Assembly: GCA_964016885.1 (NCBI GenBank)
Contig: OZ024742.1
Location: 148,614,001-148,678,000 of the forward strand
DNA length: 64,000 bases
Direction of reading: 5' to 3'
Source of the DNA: Eledone cirrhosa
Lineage: Eukaryota
Shown here: piece by piece, positions 56,350 to 64,000 of the stretch
Numbering within the stretch: the first letter of the stretch is position 1
How the letters are laid out: the number at the start of each line of letters is the position of its first letter
Notes under the pieces: model-generated
Database searches by the model: none
Seen by the model: only the letters and a program-made list of their open reading frames with translations
Told to the model about the DNA's origin: nothing
Program-made: the position numbers and the translations under genes

Positions 56350-56530
56350 TATTAAGGTTGGACAAAAAATTCTCGTTGTTTTTCAAATTTCTGTTGACTT
56401 TGGTGTTTTTTTAATATTAGGAAAGTTTTACAAGTCAAAATATGCCCATCATTTGCGATTACCATCTGCCGTGGTTTAGGAAAGCACATGATTCAATACA
56501 TGAACAATTCTGTGGCTTCGATGCAAAGAG
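56350..56530 (-). mobile_element. Mariner 3' remnant
   Basis: TIR-like tattaaggttggacaaaaa; minus strand resembles SKPQN...P.RQMVIANDGH (transposase C-terminus). Confidence 0.45.
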
Positions 56531-56708
56531 TAAGTAATCGGTTATGTCACCGTTTCTGACTTATTTCCCTGCCGAAGCTAGGTATGTAACATTAAAATGT
56601 CACATTCAAATTCATAATGAAAGGCCTTCTTCAAAATGTTTTACATATTATTAAATATACAATACGTACATTCATATGTATATCGCTATGTCTGAGCACC
56701 AATACAAA

Positions 56709-56789
<81 letters not shown>

Positions 56790-58349
56790 TATATGAAAAC
56801 AGGAAGAAAAAATTTTTTTTTTCCTTTTTATTTATTTTTTTTCTTTTTTCTGGGTTATATATATATATATATATATATAATACTGCACGTTGTTACCCAT
56901 TGAATTAGAAAATGATCTTATTTTCCTTCAATGGTGAATTTTTGGGAGACTACACATCACAATTCTTAGTATGCAGTTTCAGCCGACTGTAGACGGGCCA
57001 CGTGAATATTTGGTTGGAAATGCTAGGTATTATTCTCCGTGCATGCCTCCATTATCGCTTCTCTTGATAGTGTTGAGTGTGTTTCTTCTCCATGTCCTCA
57101 ATCTCCTTCTAAAAGTCAGTACGCCAAAGTGAACAACACTCTTGAAGGGTTGATGTTATTCCTCATCAAAATGTTCTTAACCTTGTCTTTCAAACTACTT
57201 CTTTGATCCTCAAGCCAGTCGATGGCCATAGAGTATCCTACGAGGGAAATACGAGCCAGATATGCGCACTATGTGTCAGAACTATTTCAGTTCATGCTTG
57301 TATGGTTATGATTCGATATCGGTGGTGTTGGTTCGACGTAGGATTTCTGTGTGTGGAATCCTATTGCGCTAGGTGACTGAAAGTATCTTCTTAATAGACT
57401 GAATATTAAAGGCTTCGAGAGCCACAAGGTGTCGGTCGTATGAGGAAACAAAATGCCCGATATACGACAACTTTGTCATGAAGCTTAAGCTAGAGGTGGT
57501 TATTTAGAAAGGCCCTCTTTCTGAACCTTCCAAAAGCTACTGAAACCTGTCTAAGACGATTTAGATCTCCTTGTCCAGTATGCAGTTATTGAAAACTATA
57601 CTATATGGTCAGTTTTTGCTGTTCTACAGAGAAAGTGGGGAGGAGAGAAGGCAGTGTAATGTGTCGTTTACAGAAAACCCCAGTTTTCTCGAATTTAACA
57701 ATCATGTCCATCATTTTATATGCTGTAACTGCTGCTGAGATGGTGCTTTGTAGGTCTTCTGGAGTATGAGCTACCGCATGCTTAGGGTTATGGGTTATCT
57801 AGTGCTGCTTTGTGGGTCTTGTGCATATGACGCGGACAATGGCCAGCGACACCCGTTGCAACAGCTACCCCACCTTGCGGGGCTTCTTCCTCAGACGGGC
57901 TGCTGAACTCAGCAGTATGGGGTCCAAGTACATTTGAGTGTATCAGTTTGTTTCATTGTCGTTTTTTCTGTTAATCTTTTTTTCTGAATTCTTTTTCGTG
58001 TATTCCAAAATTATCTCGACGTATCTGTGCTACTTTCTTTCTCATTAAAACCTTTTACTGTCTCTCTAATAGAAGAAGCTATGTCGAAATATATAAACAC
58101 AAGAAAAGTTTGTCAGAAAAATTAAATAATCTCAAAAAGACAGACATTTTTCTATCCCAGATATTAAAATAAACTTTCACATGCTTTGAAGAATTTTGTT
58201 TCATCCAGCAAAACATGATAATAATCCAATTTTGCCGGAGCTGTCCTCGAGAGACGTCACTATACTTCAAAATACACGCACAAGACATTTTCTCCTCTGT
58301 TTTTACTTCAAAGTCTATCATAATTTTGCTTTTTTCTATTTTCTAATTT

Positions 58350-60340
58350 TGCCTTTTTTCTTATTTTATTGGCCACAAGGGCCGAGTGAGAATTTACAAA
58401 GAAAAATGAAAAAAAAATAAAACATAACAAATAATAAATTAATAACAATAAAAATTCCCAATGAGAAGAGCACAACGCAGGTGTGACTTTGCTCCCGTGA
58501 ACGTTTCATATTCCTCTAAGAAGTTGCCGACCACCACGATTTCCGAGATGTTCGACATCATCACGGTGGTGACGTCATTCGCATATGTCAATGTAGCCCT
58601 TCAAAGTCCCGGCTCGAGCGAGATTCTATTCAATAGCTACCGCTTTCGCAGTAGTGGCTCATTACGTGCAGAAGGGAGGAGAGAGGGCATCTTTGACGGA
58701 CCGAACGCGTGATCTGGAATGCTTCCGATAGGTTGGCCATTTACTTTTATCAGTCAGCAGATGCCCCCGTGCATTGCAGCGATCCAGCCTCTGAAGACAA
58801 AACTGAAGCCAGCTGCCTTGAGGACAGCTTCTAGGTATCGATGGTCGACCCGATCGAAAGCTCTAGATTGATGTAAATTGATCAGAGTCTCACTGAAGCT
58901 AGATTAAATCCCTACCCACTCCATGACGTATCGCATGAGGTGCAGGATGTCGTATTTAGATCTGGTTATGTTCGCACCTCCAACAGGTTCTTGAAACCGG
59001 GTAGGGGAAGTGCAAAGCGCGTGGGTTAGACCATCAAAGCCGGGCGATTTATGCCTCATACGGCCAGCCAGCGCTTCCCATATCTCGACTGCCGTTATCG
59101 GCTTCTCGCAGCACTTCGTATCAGCCACCGACAGTTGCGGCAGACCGTAGAGGAAGGAACTGTAATCCACTACCGTCAACGGTCCCCGCTCACACCGAAA
59201 AGTCATGCAAAGTGTCGCTGAAAAGCCGCAGTCGACTGCCTGGAATCGAGCAGCACGTACCCGCCACGGTTCGTCATTGACTTTATTGTGGATTTGTTTC
59301 CACCCTGCGTCTCTGCCACTCGGGGCCATCGAATAGCTTTCGTTTCCTCGTTTCTTAGGACACATGCCTTACCTCTGGCAATGCAACCTTGGTGCTCTAG
59401 TGCCATTCTTGCAGATAGCACGTCGGTTGCAATGCCACTCCAAATCACCTCATCTTGTTTAGCTACTAGCTCCCCTCCGTTAAATGTTCTCCTATCTCTG
59501 CTTCTTTACTAAAAGCTATTGATTATACTCTAATTGCTTTCTTGGGTGCGCCCCACCATATGTTGTTGACGACTGCCTCTATCAACTAGTGCTTAAGTAA
59601 TGTGCTAATCCGCTCACTGTAGGCTTTACGTGCCGGGAACAACGCATCCCATTCTACGAGTTCTATCTAGGTCAACCATGTAGATTACGAATTTGTTGAA
59701 TGAATAGGCGGCCGTTTGAAATTGTGGACACCTTATGCAATCCCTATCTGCTAACCCAATAAAAAAAACTATCTAAATATGATCTAAATATGATCTAGAT
59801 ATGATCTAGATAAACGTATGTAATTAGTCCAGGTCCATATTGGCACATTCAGGAATTCTTGTCGATACCTGTCACACAGTTGGAACTGCCTGATCAGGTT
59901 CTTGAGGCTTTTGCACACACACCCCTCTGCTATCGGCTACTCCCACTGAGTCACAGTGTGCGTCTGAGATGCCATTCCAGTCCCCTGTTAACAGTAAAGA
60001 GCGAGACGTTGGGTGGAGCACTTACCATAGTCTAATGGTAGAACAAGTAATTTGGGGTCCTCTCTTCGAGATGTGGCTTCTTGAAAACTGCTCCAAAGGT
60101 TTTTTTTTTGTTTGCTGTTTTCTTGACATCTTGCATGTGATTTTGGAAATTGTCCTTCATTGTGGTGTAAAGATTTACAGGCATTCTGATCAGCCATGTG
60201 TTTGATGGGGATGGGTATGAAAAGGAATCCCTCAAAGTCGTTTTTATGAACTATGAACACCCTCAGCTTCGTTTTCCTTTTTCTCACTAGAGTGGAATCT
60301 GTTAGACACGAGGTGACTAACAACAGAATGTTTTAAGTCT
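58350..60340 (-). mobile_element. Decayed, internally deleted L1/Tx1-clade LINE
   Basis: KPITAVEIWEAL...KSPGFDGL, LHLMRYVME, QSRAFDRVDHRYLEAVLKAAGF (RT); 3' end cttgtggccaataaaa like that at 20930. Confidence 0.75.
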
Positions 60341-60434
60341 GCGTGTCTGACATATATGCGTAGCTTGTGAATAAAAATTCAAGGTGTCGATGGCCGTGGT
60401 GATCCCTGCCAAAATGTTTGGCTAATTTCATCGT

Positions 60435-60579
60435 CTTATTGGCTAATCAACCAACGAGAGTAATTGTTGCTCAAAAGCATCCGCCATTTTGTTTGCACGT
60501 TTATTAATCGTTTCGCTTTCGAATCTTCCTCCTGTATTTCGTCGTTTATCATCAAAATATTTTTCTCGTTTTGGTAAGT
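60435..60579 (+). promoter_or_regulatory. Candidate promoter / first exon
   Basis: attgg (CCAAT) at 60438, YY1-type ccgccatttt at 60481, CpG-richer pyrimidine tract, donor-like tg|gtaagt at 60574. Confidence 0.3.
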
Positions 60580-60902
60580 TATATTGTTAATTTATATATG
60601 ATTTTTTAAATTTATATTAACTATTTTTTTTTCAGTTCGTTATAACATGCTTATAATATTGGTTGTATCATATTTACTTGTATGTTTGTCCATATTATTG
60701 TTCGTTTTATGTTAGATTATTTTATTATTATTATGTTAGATTATTTTTTTTTTATTATGTTAGACTATTTGTATTTAATATTTAATTTTTATTAATTCAA
60801 CTATAACAATTATTATGAAAATATATTTATTTAATATTGATTGTTTTTTGTAGTTGTTTATATTAAAAGTCTGAAAATATTTTTATACATCTTACAATAA
60901 TT

Positions 60903-61082
60903 GGATTGGCAGTATCGGTAGAGGGTCGGACGCCATGCTGTCCAGCATAGTTATGTCCCTTTACGATCTGAGTTCAAATCCCGCCGAGGTTGACTTTGCC
61001 TTTCATCCTTACGGGGTCGATAAAATAAAGTACCAGTAATGCACTGGGTAATTGCTGGCCTTGTGCCTAAAGTAGAAACAAA
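60903..61082 (+). mobile_element. tRNA-derived SINE, short subfamily
   Basis: Near-identical to the 2067 and 4651 copies. Confidence 0.9.
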
Positions 61083-61210
61083 TATTTATAAGATCATTTA
61101 TAAAATAACAATTATTTAATCTAATTACATTACAACGATAATTTATTATTAATATATATATATATCATGTTTAACTAGAGTTATTACAAGCGTTGCCTTA
61201 AAAATATTAA

Positions 61211-61660
61211 ACTAGACCTGAAAAATGCGCAAGCTCAAACGAGCCACAGAATGTTATAATAAACCTTCAAAAGTGTGGGACTAGAGTTGTTGCTCAAAAA
61301 TATTGTAATCATTATCTATCGTACACTCTGTGGCATCCTTTTATAAAAAAAAAAGAGATTCATAACGAACTCCAGACGACACGATAATTATTTAAGTGAA
61401 TTTATAAAATAGAATTCGGTTTAAGTGCATTTCGTATTAATCATTACTAAACATCTAATATGAGATATTGAACATTAGCTTAAATAATTATCGTGTCGTC
61501 TTGAGTTCGTTATGAGTCTCTTTTTTATAAAAGGATGCCACAGAGTGTACGATAGATAATGATTACAATATTTTTGAGCAACAACTCTAGTCCCACACTT
61601 TTGAAGGTTTATTATAACATTCTGTGGCTCTTTTGAGCTTGCGCATTTTTCAGGTCTAGT
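61211..61660. repeat. Long inverted repeat (~185-bp arms, ~82-bp spacer)
   Basis: 61211-61396 pairs with 61479-61660. Confidence 0.9.
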
Positions 61661-62329
61661 ACAGTATCTGTTGGTTTGCCTGTTGTTTCTTTTTCGGCAG
61701 TTGTTTTTTTTTTATTATTTGCTGTTGCCGGTTAGTTGCAGGTTGGGTTGCTGTTGTTGTTGGGTTTGTGTGTTTTCCTGTTGTTGGGGATAATGTGACT
61801 GCGTGTTCAGCTGCTGTTGACGTCTGTGTGTGTTTTGTTGTATTTTTACTTTGTTGTTTTTTGTTTCTCTGGTTTTTTTCTGTTCTTGATGCTGTTGTGG
61901 TGTATTTGTTTGAAACTGATCAAGTTGCGGACTTTTCGGTGTTTCAATTACTTGTATCTTTATTTTATTATTTTTTTTGTGATGATGGTAGTGTTAATAG
62001 TGGGGTGCTTCCTGGTTTTGCGACGGTCTGCCCGCACCTAACTGAGTTGTTGTTATTAGTGGTGGTGGTGATAGTATTGCTACTATGTGATAATGGAACG
62101 TAGGAGGTGCCATTACTGGCTGTTTATGAGGAGGAACTAGTACTAGGGAAGAAAGGGCTTCAAATGATAATCACTTCCCATTAACTGGTACGTAAAGACA
62201 ACGCCGACTTGAATTTTATTTTAACAAAAATTCATTAAATTATTTTCGAATTTCAGCCCCGAACGGTGAGAAACAAAAGGAAACAGAAAACTCAACAATA
62301 TTAATCCCCTAAAAGGATAATTATTTTAA

Positions 62330-63367
62330 CAACAAAAGATCATACTCCATTACAAAAGATGCACAATGATACAGTAATGGACTACAAATTTCAGAAGTCC
62401 CATTTACTGCTGAAATGGAAAACACAGAAAAAGCAAAGCAGGTAAAAGTAACTGCAAGAAAGAACTGACACAGAAACTGGCTAAGAAATGGCAAGAAAAG
62501 CCTCTGTATGGAAAATACCCAGAACGAGCTAACAATCCTGATGTTGACAAAACTTTAACCCATCAGTGGTTGGCATCCTCTGGACTGAAATCGGAGACTG
62601 ATGGACTGATTATATCAGCACAAGATCAGTGTCTGCCAACAAAAAATTACCAAGCCAACATAATAAAAAATGGATGCAGCCCATTATACCGTGTATGTAA
62701 AAAACAACCAGAGACCATTGACCATATAATTTCAATGTGCAGTCCTATAGCTCCAACCGAATACCTAAACAGGCATGACAGAGCTGCACAATACATACAT
62801 TGGATAATGTGTAAGCATTTTGACCTGCCCATCAAAAGAATTGGTGGGAGCATCAACCACCTCCCATACTTGAAAAAGATCACATCTCAATCTTGTGGAA
62901 CTTTAGCATCCAAACAGACCGAAAAATAGATGCAAATAGACCTGATATAATACTGAAGGACTTTAAAAAGAGGGTATGCCTGCTGATTGATATTTCCGTT
63001 CCAATAGACAAGAATGTATCTATAAAAACATTTGAAAAATTGAGCAAGTAATTGGAAATTGAGAACTAAAACAATACCAGTGGTTGTAGGCGCTCTAGGA
63101 ATGATACCTAAGGGGTCTAATGATTACTTATCGCAAATCCCAGGAAACCCGCGTATAGGAGAAATACAAAAGATAGTACTAATGGGAACTGCCCATATAC
63201 TAAGGAAGATTCTGTCAATATAAGTACATCACAAGTCTAAACACCTAAAGATGCATGTGTGAGTATGTATGTTCTTTCTTGAACATGGCGGACCTTGTTG
63301 TCTCTTGAGGTCACTGGTTGTGACTTGGTGATAACTCGTATGAACATAAAGCAAGATAAATGCAGCT

Positions 63368-63426
<59 letters not shown>
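62330..63426 (+). mobile_element. R4/Dong-clade LINE 3' part (CCHC + restriction-like endonuclease) with (TAA)n tail
   Basis: LKSETDGLIISAQDQ...RVC...ETIDHIISMC...YLNRHD; ILWNFSIQTD...NRPDII...LIDISVP; IPVVVGALG...ILRKILSI*; frameshifted; (TAA)n at 63369-63426. Confidence 0.9.
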
Positions 63427-63427
<1 letters not shown>

Positions 63428-63428
<1 letters not shown>

Positions 63429-64000
63429 TTTCTTTATTAACCACAAGGGTTTACATAAAGTAGACATTAAGGACAGTGCAGGACAATACAGGACGGTACA
63501 AATGGGCATTTCTGCGTGTAAAAAACAAAAACAGAGGATGTAACAAAAAATAACAATGAAAAATTCCCCAATAGGGGGGAGACTTCGGAGGGACATTTGT
63601 GGAGAAAGCCCAGTAAAAGGCCACAATGACCCTGACCACCAAGGCAAGTGCCCTCTCCCAGTTTTCCACCTTTAATTTACAGATATATACTCAGAGTAGG
63701 ACCATTCACTCGGGCCATTCTTGCTTCTCTCACCCATCTTTCAACAAAATGCTGGGAAGAGAGCACTTCCCTCTCTACTCTGATTTTCCTTTTCAAATGA
63801 AATTTGAAAAAGTCAATCAGAGCATCACCGAAGAGGTAAGTGCTCGTCTTCAGCCCTTTCAAACGTGTCCACCATACTATCTCTTTCGCCATGGCCACCA
63901 GACAAATAAAAACTGCCTGCCCTTCCCGGCTAAAGGAGGAGGGCGGGGCAATCCACACGATGGACTCAGATGATAGCCGGATCCGTCCTAAACGCGACAG
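63428..64000 (-). mobile_element. L1/Tx1-clade LINE 3' end (continues beyond the window)
   Basis: AVFICLVAMAKEIVWWTRLKGL...KRKIRVEREVL...FVERWV is homologous to 21163-21540; 3' end cttgtggttaataaagaaa. Confidence 0.85.

Overview
AT-rich, repeat-dominated eukaryotic (animal) DNA. The dominant tRNA-derived SINE and the very long (TA)n/(CA)n/(GA)n microsatellites are most consistent with an octopus/coleoid cephalopod genome (inference, no database search). No intact host protein-coding gene can be supported; almost all ORF-track entries are microsatellite translations. Recognisable content: about 20 SINE copies, a full-length but decayed mariner element, small MITEs, and fragments of RTE, L1/Tx1, R4/Dong and CRE-like LINEs and Penelope-like elements (PLEs). 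The main signal is a set of about 15 short cassettes in microsatellites, from several families with little sequence similarity, that share one design: (TA)n - inverted fold-back arm - type I hammerhead ribozyme (whole or 3' half) - 3' tail - (TA)n. Three features go beyond what I know to be described for PLE hammerheads. First, the tails share a bulged stem-loop (NYTC/GARN lower stem, 2-nt pyrimidine bulge) that shows covariation. Second, in one family the inversion centres on hammerhead stem II. Third, the inverted arm often ends at a TA microhomology. All coordinates were read by eye and may be off by a few bases.
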